A stretch of 64,000 bases of DNA. Origin: Minisyncoccota bacterium. GTDB lineage: Bacteria > Patescibacteriota > Minisyncoccia > Phycocordibacterales > UBA2100. Shown piece by piece: positions 8,795 to 17,578 of this stretch. The stretch is taken from NCBI GenBank assembly GCA_022842645.1, contig JALHPE010000001.1, positions 7,711-71,710 of the forward strand. Direction: 5' to 3'. The translations under genes were made by a program, and so were the position numbers. Numbering within the stretch: the stretch's first letter is position 1; each line of letters begins with the position of its first letter. The notes under the pieces are model-generated. The model searched no databases. It worked only from the letters and a program-made list of their open reading frames with translations, and was not told where the DNA came from.

Positions 8795-8811
8795 TTTGAC
8801 CTCACGGGGAA
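8795..8811. repeat. Inverted exact 17-nt copy of the tRNA-Glu 3' end, within hairpin gtgaggtttgacctcac
   Basis: tttgacctcacggggaa is the reverse complement of ttccccgtgaggtcaaa at 4151-4167. Candidate distal boundary of the integrated element. Confidence 0.5.
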
Positions 8812-8846
8812 GAAAGGGGTCGGGAAAACATTCTGTTTTCCCGTGG
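8812..8846. repeat. Hairpin motif GAAAGGGGTCGGGAAAAC-N4-GTTTTCCCGTG (second copy at 23754-23786)
   Basis: Near-identical 33-35 nt hairpins at two unrelated loci. Confidence 0.5.
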
Positions 8847-8865
8847 AGGAAGGATTGGGAAAACC

Positions 8866-9645
8866 GTGGGTTTCCCAGAACCCCGTTGTGGTCAAAATTC
8901 ATGCCGATGCCTTAACGCCTGGTACAATGTCTCCATGCGAGAAAAGATACAAGTACCGTCGTCTGCTGAATCCTCCGAAGTCACGGTACCGCTGGCAGAG
9001 GACAAGATTCTTCACCGACTTCACCAATGCACAAACCCCGGCGCAAATTGCTCGCCCGAAGATGAGGAAGAACTACAGAAAGACCTTGAACGCTGTGAGG
9101 TTTTCGAGATGTACAATGCCTATATCGAGAGTCGTGTACCAACCCTCCCTCTCTTGGGGAAGAACATCACTGACTTAATCGAAAGAATCCCCAATAAACT
9201 ACGCAATGACCCAGAAACAATTTCTATTGTTAATTATTTGAAGGGGCGACACGCGTCGATTGGTCACGATCTCCGAGCTTATGTTACGCTTGTTATTAGA
9301 TTTGTAACGCTTGAGCAATCAACTCTGAGATTCAGAGATTATGAAAAATACATCGATCAAATAAAAAAAGTTGACGCTGATCGCCGAAGAATGCACGACA
9401 ACCTCTTAGCTTCCTTGGATATGCTCCGCCAAAAAATGGAAGAGGTGTATGATTTGGGATTGTGCGAGAAGAATGATTTTTATGTTTGGTCGCCAGGTGA
9501 GACACGTGAGATTCCCATAAACGCAGTGCCGGTTTTCGCCTCCACAGCAATTGCGAATCGAGACCTTATTAAAAATTGGGCGCTTGCCGCGGACTTTGCA
9601 GAACATTTTGAGAAACTATCGCAACTGCTGGCAGAAAAAAAATAG
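8866..9645 (+). CDS. Hypothetical protein (259 aa); alternative start at 8935 (MREKIQ...)
   Basis: Long ORF with no recognisable motif; followed by a hairpin terminator. Confidence 0.45.
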   Translation: MGFPEPRCGQNSCRCLNAWYNVSMREKIQVPSSAESSEVTVPLAEDKILHRLHQCTNPGANCSPEDEEELQKDLERCEVFEMYNAYIESRVPTLPLLGKNITDLIERIPNKLRNDPETISIVNYLKGRHASIGHDLRAYVTLVIRFVTLEQSTLRFRDYEKYIDQIKKVDADRRRMHDNLLASLDMLRQKMEEVYDLGLCEKNDFYVWSPGETREIPINAVPVFASTAIANRDLIKNWALAADFAEHFEKLSQLLAEKK

Positions 9646-9668
9646 GCATCCTGTGGTTACAGGACGCC
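9645..9668. terminator. Hairpin ggcatcctgt-ggtt-acaggacgcc between convergent genes
   Basis: Stem-loop directly after the stop of the 8866-9645 ORF, preceded by an A-run. Confidence 0.45.
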
Positions 9669-9955
9669 TACTGATTGGCTCGATTTGCCTCTGCTTTTAC
9701 GACAATACAGTAGCAGAGCTTGAGAGCAAACGCCGCATACGCAAGATCGTCATCAGGTAGTGCCAGCGCACTGCGGTGTGATCGCAAAAGATCATAGAGA
9801 TCCTTGCAACGAACATCCGTCCGAACTATTTCTGCTTGCTCATGAGGGTTGTATCCATGCAAAGCTTCACAAGAAGGCAAAACAAGACTGAGAATGTGCG
9901 TTGCTTCTTGCGGATGCGTTTGTGTAAATTTTTTCCAACGACGGAGCTGGCTCAT
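9668..9955 (-). CDS. Hypothetical protein (95 aa)
   Basis: ORF only. Confidence 0.3.
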   Translation of the reverse strand: MSQLRRWKKFTQTHPQEATHILSLVLPSCEALHGYNPHEQAEIVRTDVRCKDLYDLLRSHRSALALPDDDLAYAAFALKLCYCIVVKAEANRANQ

Positions 9956-9999
9956 GTGCCACCTTCCTTTCCTACTGCACTATAACACAGATGTACAAT

Positions 10000-10620
10000 T
10001 TATGCAAAACTTTTTTCGCTCCCTACTGAAATCACCCCCTCCCGCAACACCTGAATATTTCCCTCACTCACATCCACAATCGTCGAAGGCAATCGCTCCG
10101 GAAGCTCACCCGCATCAATCACAAGGTCGATGAGCTTGGCTCGCGCACCCAGTTGCGCGAGTATTTTCTCCGGAGAGCGGTCTGGTTGCATGCCCGCAAG
10201 ATTGGCGCTCGTCGTCGTATAGGGTCGCCCAAACGCACGCGCCAGCTCGAGACAAAATTGAGTGTCTGGCATGCGGAATCCGAATTCATCCCTTCCCTCG
10301 CACATTGCAATAACCGCATCGGCACGCTTTCGGAGAATGAGCGTGAGCGGCCCCGGCATATACGCACTCGCGAGCGCAAGCGCCATCTCGTTCACTTCCC
10401 CATACTCGGCCGCCATGTGTAAATCGGCGACAATAGCGTGTATAGGCTTTCCCTCTTCTCGTCCCTTAATTTCTCGCACTTTTGCAAGTGCCTCATTCGA
10501 AAGCGCATCTGCACCCAGGCCATACAGAGTGTCTGTGGGATACAAAACAACACCTCCACTACGAAGAGCTGTGACACTCTTCGTGATTGCTTCCGGACTC
10601 TTTATGGAGATGATTTCCAT
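10000..10620 (-). CDS. tsaC: L-threonylcarbamoyladenylate synthase (TsaC/YrdC/Sua5 family)
   Basis: YrdC fold signature LYPTDTLYGLGADA. The 206-aa length fits the single-domain TsaC. Confidence 0.85.
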   Translation of the reverse strand: MEIISIKSPEAITKSVTALRSGGVVLYPTDTLYGLGADALSNEALAKVREIKGREEGKPIHAIVADLHMAAEYGEVNEMALALASAYMPGPLTLILRKRADAVIAMCEGRDEFGFRMPDTQFCLELARAFGRPYTTTSANLAGMQPDRSPEKILAQLGARAKLIDLVIDAGELPERLPSTIVDVSEGNIQVLREGVISVGSEKSFA

Positions 10621-10623
10621 CGG

Positions 10624-10695
10624 TGCGCGCTGAGGGGATCGAACCCCCGACCCTCTTCACGTCAAGAAGATGCTCTACCACTGAGCTAAGCGCGC
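10624..10695 (-). tRNA. tRNA-Val (anticodon GAC)
   Basis: Acceptor GCGCGCT/AGCGCGC, anticodon loop TTGACGT, T-arm GGGGG-TTCGATC-CCCCT, discriminator A. Confidence 0.85.
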
Positions 10696-10725
10696 TTGCG
10701 GCCGAGTATAGCAGAAACCGGTATT

Positions 10726-12498
10726 TTATTCATCCTGCAGGAACCCTCCCGCTTGATGTTGCCAGAGCGTGGCGTAGAGCCCTCTTTTCGCGAGAAGTTC
10801 TTGGTGTGTCCCCTCTTCCGCAATTCGTCCATCATCAAGAGCGATGATGCGATCCATTTTCATGATGGTCGAAAGACGATGCGCGATAACCAGTACCGTC
10901 TTCCCACTCATGAGCTTTGCAAGTGCATCTTGAATTAAAACCTCTGACGCTGAATCCAGGCTCGCCGTTGCCTCATCGAGAATAAGAATCGGGGCGTTTT
11001 TAAGGATTGCACGCGCAATCGCGACGCGCTGACGCTCGCCCCCAGAAAGCTTCACACCACGCTCGCCCACATACGTCTCATACCCATGAGGAAGTGCTGC
11101 GATAAATTCATGACAATGCGCCTTCTTCGCGGCGGCGATTACCTCTTCATCACGTGCATCACGGTTGCCGTAGCGAATATTTTCCATGAGGGTACGATGA
11201 AAAAGAATCGGCTCTTGCGGCACAAAACCTATCGCGCTCCGCAAACTTTCTTGTGTCACCGCCGCAATGCTCTGCCCGTCAATCTCGATACTGCCCGATT
11301 TCACGTCGAAAAGGCGCAGGATGATTTTGGTAATGGTGGATTTCCCAGCACCCGAAGGTCCGACGAATGCTACCTTCTCGCCACCTCGAATCGTCAGATT
11401 AAAATCTGTAAAGATGGCGCGCTCGGAGTGAAAGGTGAAATCAACATTCTTAAATTCGATAAGGCCCTTTGAGACACGAAGCGGTTGGGAACCGGGAATG
11501 TCGCGAATTTCGTGCTCTGTTGCCAAAAGCTCCGACATTTCTGCAGCGTCCGCAAGCGCATCGTAAAATCCGCGAAGCTGAAACGCGATACTGCTCAAAA
11601 GCCCGAACGTCCCTACAAGATAGGTTTGTATGAGGACAAAATCTCCTATAGTAAGCTCGCCCCGTTGCCAAAAAATCACCGCCCCGTAAAGGAGTCCGAC
11701 GTTAATAGAAACCATAAGGAGTCCCTGAACACCCCAAATCGTCGTCATGATAAACCACGCCTTCCATTGCGCGTCACTCCAAGTCTCAACAAGTCGTGAG
11801 AAACGTTTTTCTTCGTGCCTCTCTCCAGAAAATAAGGTGACTGCATTTTGATTACCGATCACATCCGAAAGCCCCCCAACCATCTTGCTGTCGGCCTCGG
11901 AACGAAGGAGACGATAGGGACGATGAAAACGAGACAGTACTATTTGAACGATAATAAAAAGTACCGTCCACAGGGCGAGCACGATACCGAGCGTGCGATT
12001 GTGTGTGAAAAGAATTCCCGCCGCACCGACCACAAACACCGCCGCGGGGAGAAAGGAAGTCATGGCGGTATCAAAAATGGTCTCAAACGCGCCCGCATAT
12101 TTACTGACGCGACGAGTAAGGGTGCCACTAAACTGCGATGCGAAAAATGTATGCGAATGCCGGATAAGATATTCAAATGAAGCGCGATAGAGCTGCGCCA
12201 TGGCACGGTTCTCTATCACCATTTGCGCGAGCGCGCTTATGCGTCCGAAAAGCCACTGGAGGAAATAAATACCAGCAATGATGCTGACAACACCCAGAAT
12301 GTACTCCACGAGCTGAGTACTCCTGTCACTTGATGCGAGCGCATTGAAAATTTCACGCAAATAGAGCGGTGCTATTAATCCGGCAACCTGAAATGCAACT
12401 TGCCCCACGATGACCACAAAAAGCATCCATGGTGAATGAAGTGCCTCACGCACGTATGCTCGCGGAATATATCCGTCACGCCGCCGAGGGGATTGCAT
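10726..12498 (-). CDS. ABC transporter, fused permease/ATP-binding protein (MsbA/exporter type)
   Basis: Six-TM permease domain, Walker A GPSGAGKST, ABC signature LSGGERQRVAIARA, Walker B ILILDEATASLD. The start at 12498 is chosen to avoid overlap with divergent tsaD; the ORF track extends to 12585. Confidence 0.9.
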   Translation of the reverse strand: MQSPRRRDGYIPRAYVREALHSPWMLFVVIVGQVAFQVAGLIAPLYLREIFNALASSDRSTQLVEYILGVVSIIAGIYFLQWLFGRISALAQMVIENRAMAQLYRASFEYLIRHSHTFFASQFSGTLTRRVSKYAGAFETIFDTAMTSFLPAAVFVVGAAGILFTHNRTLGIVLALWTVLFIIVQIVLSRFHRPYRLLRSEADSKMVGGLSDVIGNQNAVTLFSGERHEEKRFSRLVETWSDAQWKAWFIMTTIWGVQGLLMVSINVGLLYGAVIFWQRGELTIGDFVLIQTYLVGTFGLLSSIAFQLRGFYDALADAAEMSELLATEHEIRDIPGSQPLRVSKGLIEFKNVDFTFHSERAIFTDFNLTIRGGEKVAFVGPSGAGKSTITKIILRLFDVKSGSIEIDGQSIAAVTQESLRSAIGFVPQEPILFHRTLMENIRYGNRDARDEEVIAAAKKAHCHEFIAALPHGYETYVGERGVKLSGGERQRVAIARAILKNAPILILDEATASLDSASEVLIQDALAKLMSGKTVLVIAHRLSTIMKMDRIIALDDGRIAEEGTHQELLAKRGLYATLWQHQAGGFLQDE

Positions 12499-12532
12499 TT
12501 GACCAAGAATAGCATGATGGTATACATGGCTG

Positions 12533-13723
12533 ATGCGCATCCTTGCCATAGAAACCAGCTGCGACGAAACGGCTGTCTGCATCATCGAAGCAGAAGGAGA
12601 GGGGTTAGGTGTTAGGTTCCAGGTGTTAGGGAATGCCCTTCTTTCGCAAGCAGTCCACGCACAGTATGGCGGAGTTTTTCCGAGCCTAGCCCGGAGAGAA
12701 CATGAACGGAATCTTGTTCCCCTCTTCCAGAAAGCACTGGAGGAAGCGAAGTTGTTGAAGTCGGCACATAATCAAGGCGACACATCGTTGATAGAGAAGG
12801 TTTTACATCGCGAAAACGATCTGCGCCCGCAACTTGTCGCATTTTTGAAAGAGCATGGAAAACCCGATATTGATTGCATTGCGGTGACGCATGGCCCGGG
12901 GCTTGAACCAGCTCTTTGGGTTGGCGTTAATTTTGCACGCGCGCTTGCACATGCGTGGAATCTACCCGTTGTTCCGGTGAATCATATGGAAGGACATCTC
13001 ATCTTGTCGGCTTTAGCCGGACAAGATGAGAAGTATCAAGTATCAAGTATCAAGTATCAAACAAAACACAAAGTCCAATTTCCACTTCTCGCACTTCTTA
13101 TTTCTGGAGGGCACACGGAACTTGTTCTTGCGCGCGAATGGATGAAATATGAACTTCTGGGACAAACGCGTGACGATGCTGTGGGCGAGGCGTTTGATAA
13201 GGTAGCGCGCCTGCTTGATCTTCCCTACCCTGGCGGACCGGAAATAGATAAACTCGCCAAACGCGCCCGTGATGTGGGACTTACGAAGTCCCACATTGAA
13301 TTGCCGCGACCGATGATTGATACAGATGATTATGATTTCTCTTTCTCCGGGCTCAAAACCGCTGTTCGCCGCCTCGTTGAATCGAAACAACCACTGTCAG
13401 AACAAACGAAGATGGAGATTGCGCGGGAGTTCGAGGAGGCGTGTGCGGATGTGCTTGTGGCAAAGACACTCCGTGCCATTGAGGAGTACAATATCGAATC
13501 GCTGGTCGTTGGCGGCGGCGTTTCGGCAAATGAGTACATTCGCGAGCGCCTTGCGGAGAGTATTAAGAGCTATGGCTTGAGTACGAAACTGCTTATTCCC
13601 CCACGCGAGCTTGCAACCGATAATGCACTTATGATCGCACTCGCAGGCTATTTCCGTGCCCTTAACAAGGAATGCGCTGAACCAGAAACGATTCGAGCGA
13701 ATGGGAATTTGAAGTTGGTATAA
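12533..13723 (+). CDS. tsaD: tRNA N6-adenosine threonylcarbamoyltransferase TsaD (Kae1/Gcp)
   Basis: N-terminus MRILAIETSCDETAVCI, metal-binding HMEGH, and LISGGHTELV. Contains two short in-frame insertions built from simple repeats (see findings). Confidence 0.9.
   Translation: MRILAIETSCDETAVCIIEAEGEGLGVRFQVLGNALLSQAVHAQYGGVFPSLARREHERNLVPLFQKALEEAKLLKSAHNQGDTSLIEKVLHRENDLRPQLVAFLKEHGKPDIDCIAVTHGPGLEPALWVGVNFARALAHAWNLPVVPVNHMEGHLILSALAGQDEKYQVSSIKYQTKHKVQFPLLALLISGGHTELVLAREWMKYELLGQTRDDAVGEAFDKVARLLDLPYPGGPEIDKLAKRARDVGLTKSHIELPRPMIDTDDYDFSFSGLKTAVRRLVESKQPLSEQTKMEIAREFEEACADVLVAKTLRAIEEYNIESLVVGGGVSANEYIRERLAESIKSYGLSTKLLIPPRELATDNALMIALAGYFRALNKECAEPETIRANGNLKLV
12603..12632 (+). repeat. 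GGTGTTAGG-type repeat (ggttaggtgttaggttccaggtgttagg) inside the tsaD N-terminal coding region; related copy at 51461-51490
   Basis: The two loci share a 14-nt exact core taggtgttaggttc. Confidence 0.55.
13031..13058 (+). repeat. Perfect tandem (AAGTATC)x4 inside the tsaD coding sequence
   Basis: Read directly: aagtatcaagtatcaagtatcaagtatc. The 7-nt unit is not a multiple of 3. It encodes KYQVSSIKYQ, an insertion relative to canonical TsaD before the ALLISGGHT motif. Confidence 0.8.
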
Positions 13724-13727
13724 AAAT

Positions 13728-13756
13728 AAACTCGCCTATGGAGGGGCGAGTTTATG
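13728..13756 (+). terminator. Rho-independent terminator after tsaD
   Basis: Hairpin ctcgcctatggaggggcgag followed by TTTAT. Confidence 0.6.
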
Positions 13757-14048
13757 TGCAGTAGAAAACGGGGGTTGTCTCTCTAGACAACAATCCTACG
13801 CTTATGCGACCGTCTTCTTAAGTTTAGTTCCCAATCTACAACCCTGCGCGAACAGGAGATCTATACATGAGGTCCATAAGGGCCTCTCCCGACAACACTC
13901 ATGTATATTGCTCTTTGACGAGCGGATCCAGATTGGATACCCACGAAGAAGCCTCTGCACTTGCTACATTCGTGTCTAGAGCCATAATAAACTATTTTAT
14001 AATTTTGTCAAGTCCTGCCCTTTTTCCAAATCATGCTACGATGGCGAA

Positions 14049-16274
14049 ATGTCAAAAGACGGCTCAAAACCTAGCCACATTCGCAATGACGCGGGTATTC
14101 CCGAGGCGTTTCTTAAACCCTACAACCCCGCCGAAGAGGAGTTGAAGACGCGGGCGCTATGGGATGAAAGTGGCTACGCTAACCCCGACAAAATGATCGC
14201 AGACGGACTTACCGCCCCCGATGCGGAACCGTACTCCATCGTCCTTCCCCCACCGAATGTGACGGGGACGCTCCACATGGGACACGCCGCGATGCTCGCG
14301 ATTGAAGACATCCTCATTCGCTACGCGCGCATGAATGGAAAAAAGACGCTCTGGATTCCTGGCACTGACAGCGCGGCTATTGCCACACAAGCGAAAGTGG
14401 AAACCGATATTTATAAAAAAGAAAAGCAGACGCGGTATGACCTCGGCCGTGAAGAACTCATGAAGCGTATCGATGAGTTTACTGAGGAGAGTAAGGCGAC
14501 CATTATCAATCAAGTGCGGACGATGGGAGCAAGTCTCGACTGGAGCCGCTACGCTTACACGCTCGACGAGACGCGCTACAAGGCGGTGATGGAGGCTTTT
14601 GTGCGCATGTATGATGCAGGGCTCATCTACCGCGGAAATCGCATCGTGAACTGGGATCCAAAATTGCAGACGACCGTTTCGGACGACGAGATCGAATATC
14701 TGGAACAAAAAGATCCCTTTTACTATTTCAAGTATGGCCCGTTTGTCATCGGCACCGTACGCCCAGAAACAAAATTTGGCGATAAGTATGTGGTAATGCA
14801 TCCGAACGACGAGCGGTATGCTGGGTACAAGCACGGACAAACAATTGATCTTGAGTGGATAAATGGACCCATCACGGCAACCGTAATCAAAGACGAAGCT
14901 GCGAACATGGACGTTGGCTCTGGTGTCATGACGATCACCCCAGCCCACTCGGGTGTGGACTTTGAGATTGCACAAAGACATGGGCTGGATATCGAACAAG
15001 TGATCGATGAACGCGGTATCCTCCTCCCCATCGCGGGAGAGTTTGCCGGACAACACATCAAGAAAGCCCGCTCTCTTATCGTGGAAAAGCTCACCGCAAA
15101 AGGACTTGTTGAGAAAATCGATGAGAATTATGTGCACAATGTCGCCACCAATAGCCGTGGCGGCGGCCTGATTGAACCCCAGATAAAAAAGCAGTGGTTT
15201 GTGGCAGTGAATAAAGAATTCACCATCTCCCACTCTGAAATGAGCGGCATCCCTACCGGAACGATGACGACGCTCAAGAAGCTTATGCGCCACGTGGTTG
15301 AGACGCAGCAAGTAAAAATAGCACCCGAGAGATTCGAGAAAATCTACTACCACTGGATAGACAACCTCCGTGACTGGAATATCTCGCGGCAAATATGGTT
15401 TGGACATCGTATTCCTGTGTGGTATCGAAGCGACGAGGTCTATTGCGGCACCGAGGCGCCTGGGGGCGATGGATGGGAGCAGGATCCGGATGTGCTCGAC
15501 ACCTGGTTCTCGTCGGGCATATGGACTATTTCTACGCTCGGCTGGCCGGAAGAAACTGCTGACCTGAAGACTTTCCACCCGACCGCGGTACTCGAGACCG
15601 GCTACGACATTCTCTTTTTCTGGGTAGCACGCATGGTCTTGATGTCGGGCTTCTTGGTGGGACAAGTACCCTTCAAGCAGGTATACCTGCACGGGCTTGT
15701 GCGCGATGGACAGGGGCGCAAGATGTCGAAATCCCTCGGGAATATCATTGACCCACTCGACATGATTTCAAAATACGGGGCGGATGCGACGCGACTCTCC
15801 CTCATCATTGGTGCCGCGCCGGGGATGGATATCAAACTCTCGGAAGATCGTGTACGCGGCTACAAACACTTTGCGAATAAACTCTGGAACATCACACGTT
15901 TCGTGCTTGAAAGCACGCACGATATAGATGTGGATGCGAAACTCTCTGAAACTGACGCGAAACTCGTTACTGAAGCGCACGAATTGGTGAAAAACGCCTC
16001 GAAAAACATTGATGCATTCCGCCTCGACCTTGCAGCTGATGAGATTTACCACTTTGTGTGGGATAGGTTTGCCGCTGAGATCATCGAGGAGTCAAAGCCG
16101 ATACTCAAAGAACCTGGAGAGGCTCGGGCTTCACGACAGCGTATGCTGCATAAGATTCTCATCATTTCTCTTAAAGCACTCCACCCGTTTATGCCTTACG
16201 TCACAGAAGCTGTTTGGCAAAAGCTGCCCCAGAAAGATGCGGAGCTCCTTATGGTTGCAAAGTGGCCTAAGTAG
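14049..16274 (+). CDS. valS: Valine--tRNA ligase (compact form lacking the C-terminal coiled-coil)
   Basis: Class I motifs PPPNVTGTLHMGHA (HIGH) and KMSKSLGN. WNISRQIWFGHRIPVWY matches the ValRS WCISRQ..WGHRIP motif rather than IleRS or LeuRS. Confidence 0.9.
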   Translation: MSKDGSKPSHIRNDAGIPEAFLKPYNPAEEELKTRALWDESGYANPDKMIADGLTAPDAEPYSIVLPPPNVTGTLHMGHAAMLAIEDILIRYARMNGKKTLWIPGTDSAAIATQAKVETDIYKKEKQTRYDLGREELMKRIDEFTEESKATIINQVRTMGASLDWSRYAYTLDETRYKAVMEAFVRMYDAGLIYRGNRIVNWDPKLQTTVSDDEIEYLEQKDPFYYFKYGPFVIGTVRPETKFGDKYVVMHPNDERYAGYKHGQTIDLEWINGPITATVIKDEAANMDVGSGVMTITPAHSGVDFEIAQRHGLDIEQVIDERGILLPIAGEFAGQHIKKARSLIVEKLTAKGLVEKIDENYVHNVATNSRGGGLIEPQIKKQWFVAVNKEFTISHSEMSGIPTGTMTTLKKLMRHVVETQQVKIAPERFEKIYYHWIDNLRDWNISRQIWFGHRIPVWYRSDEVYCGTEAPGGDGWEQDPDVLDTWFSSGIWTISTLGWPEETADLKTFHPTAVLETGYDILFFWVARMVLMSGFLVGQVPFKQVYLHGLVRDGQGRKMSKSLGNIIDPLDMISKYGADATRLSLIIGAAPGMDIKLSEDRVRGYKHFANKLWNITRFVLESTHDIDVDAKLSETDAKLVTEAHELVKNASKNIDAFRLDLAADEIYHFVWDRFAAEIIEESKPILKEPGEARASRQRMLHKILIISLKALHPFMPYVTEAVWQKLPQKDAELLMVAKWPK

Positions 16275-16292
16275 AGCTGGTACAATAAGAGC

Positions 16293-16982
16293 ATGTTCGC
16301 GCTTGAATCCTTCGCGATTGCTATTTTGGGAGGGATTTTCCCTGCACTTGCGTGGCTTTGGTTTTGGCTCAAAGAAGACACTCACCCCGAACCACGCCGC
16401 TTGATCGCACTGGCCTTTATTGGCGGCATGCTCACGGTTCTTCTTGTTGTACCTTTACAAAAATTCGCGGCGGGTATCCTCGTCACACAAACCGCCATGT
16501 TTGCGGCGTGGTCAACCATCGAGGAGTTTGCAAAATATGCCGTTGCGTGGCTTCTCGTCCTCCATCGCCGCGAGAACGACGAGCCGATAGACGCGGTTAT
16601 TTACATGGTTGCCTTGGCCCTTGGCTTCGCAGGGCTCGAAAACGCACTCTTCCTCCTCTCGCCCCTTGCCGGGGAGACTCTTGTGCAGACTGTGATTACA
16701 GGGAACCTTCGCTTCATTGGCGCAACGCTTTTGCATGTGTTCTCATCGGCAGTTGTAGGACTCTTTCTTGCGTATGCATTTTACAAATCCGTACTGGTAC
16801 GAGAACTCTACACAGCGGCAGGGGTTATCCTCGCCTCCCTTTTGCACATCGCCTTCAACTTACTTATACTCAACACGGCAGAGGAGCATCTGTTGCGTAC
16901 TTTTGCCGGAGTGTGGGTTGGCGTTATTATCGTTCTCTTTGCACTCGAATTCGTGAAGCGAATTAAGCCACGAATGCGTTAG
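16293..16982 (+). CDS. PrsW-family intramembrane metalloprotease (putative)
   Basis: Polytopic membrane protein with an EExxK motif (IEEFAKY) and a HxxxN motif (LLHIAFNLL). Confidence 0.6.
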   Translation: MFALESFAIAILGGIFPALAWLWFWLKEDTHPEPRRLIALAFIGGMLTVLLVVPLQKFAAGILVTQTAMFAAWSTIEEFAKYAVAWLLVLHRRENDEPIDAVIYMVALALGFAGLENALFLLSPLAGETLVQTVITGNLRFIGATLLHVFSSAVVGLFLAYAFYKSVLVRELYTAAGVILASLLHIAFNLLILNTAEEHLLRTFAGVWVGVIIVLFALEFVKRIKPRMR

Positions 16983-17001
16983 TTACTTAATTATCTTTTC
17001 C

Positions 17002-17508
17002 ATGAGCAAACAATCGTTCTTTTCTCGCCTCACTGGCTCCGACGACAACTACGACGACTTTCTTGATGATCCACGCGCAAATCGTGTTTCTTTCTCGCCG
17101 CAACAAGGCTCAGAGCGCCACGCGAGTATTCCCGTGCAGACATCCACACCAAGCCGTTCCGCCTCTACTCCTCAACCAGAAGGCGAACTTGCAGTGGATG
17201 TGTACCAAACACCTGATCATATCGTGATAAAAGCGTTGATTGCTGGGGTTCAGCCGCAAACTATCGACATTTCCCTCACCCGCGAGATGCTCACCATTTC
17301 CGGCGTACGCACAGATGAGCGCGAAGTAGAAGAAGATAATTACTTCCAACGAGAACTTTATTGGGGATCATTTTCTCGCACCATTCTTCTGCCGGAAGAG
17401 GTGGATGTGGATGCGGCCGAAGCCTCAGAAAAACATGGCATTCTCATGATTCGTCTCCCAAAAATCAACAAACGACGCGAAACGAAGCTGAAAGTGCGAG
17501 CACGTTAG
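17002..17508 (+). CDS. Small heat-shock protein, Hsp20/alpha-crystallin family, with a disordered Ser/Pro-rich N-terminus
   Basis: Alpha-crystallin domain pattern (AVDVYQTPDHIVIKALIAGV...ISLTREMLTISG...FQRELYWGSFSRTILLPEEVD). Confidence 0.8.
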   Translation: MSKQSFFSRLTGSDDNYDDFLDDPRANRVSFSPQQGSERHASIPVQTSTPSRSASTPQPEGELAVDVYQTPDHIVIKALIAGVQPQTIDISLTREMLTISGVRTDEREVEEDNYFQRELYWGSFSRTILLPEEVDVDAAEASEKHGILMIRLPKINKRRETKLKVRAR

Positions 17509-17578
17509 TTTGCATATACGCTCCACTCCTGTACTCTTCTTTCTAGGCGGATGATCCGCATAAAGGGAGGAAAAGCTA

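Larger units (their letters stand above)
4094..8811 (+). mobile_element. Putative tRNA-Glu-integrated element (about 4.7 kb) carrying a serine integrase, small ORFs, an HTH protein and a KAP NTPase
   Basis: The integrase overlaps the tRNA 3' end. Sequence is visibly more AT-rich than the flanks. The exact 17-nt tRNA-Glu 3' segment ttccccgtgaggtcaaa (4151-4167) recurs inverted at 8795-8811. Confidence 0.5.

Noticed and set aside
13757-14048. T-box leader upstream of valS
   Set aside because: A roughly 290-nt leader exists. I could not find the conserved T-box motif (AGGGTGGNACCGCG) or a specifier-loop/antiterminator arrangement. Only a generic hairpin is present.
13867-14145. 92-aa ORF upstream of and overlapping the valS start
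   Set aside because: It lies in the valS leader in a different frame, with no motif. It is more likely non-coding leader.
14157-15692. 511-aa ORF on the minus strand
   Set aside because: It is antisense to valS, which has unambiguous HIGH and KMSKS motifs. This is a GC-driven open frame.
16352-16966. 204-aa Arg/Cys-rich ORF
   Set aside because: It is an alternative frame of the PrsW-like membrane protein gene, with no motif support.
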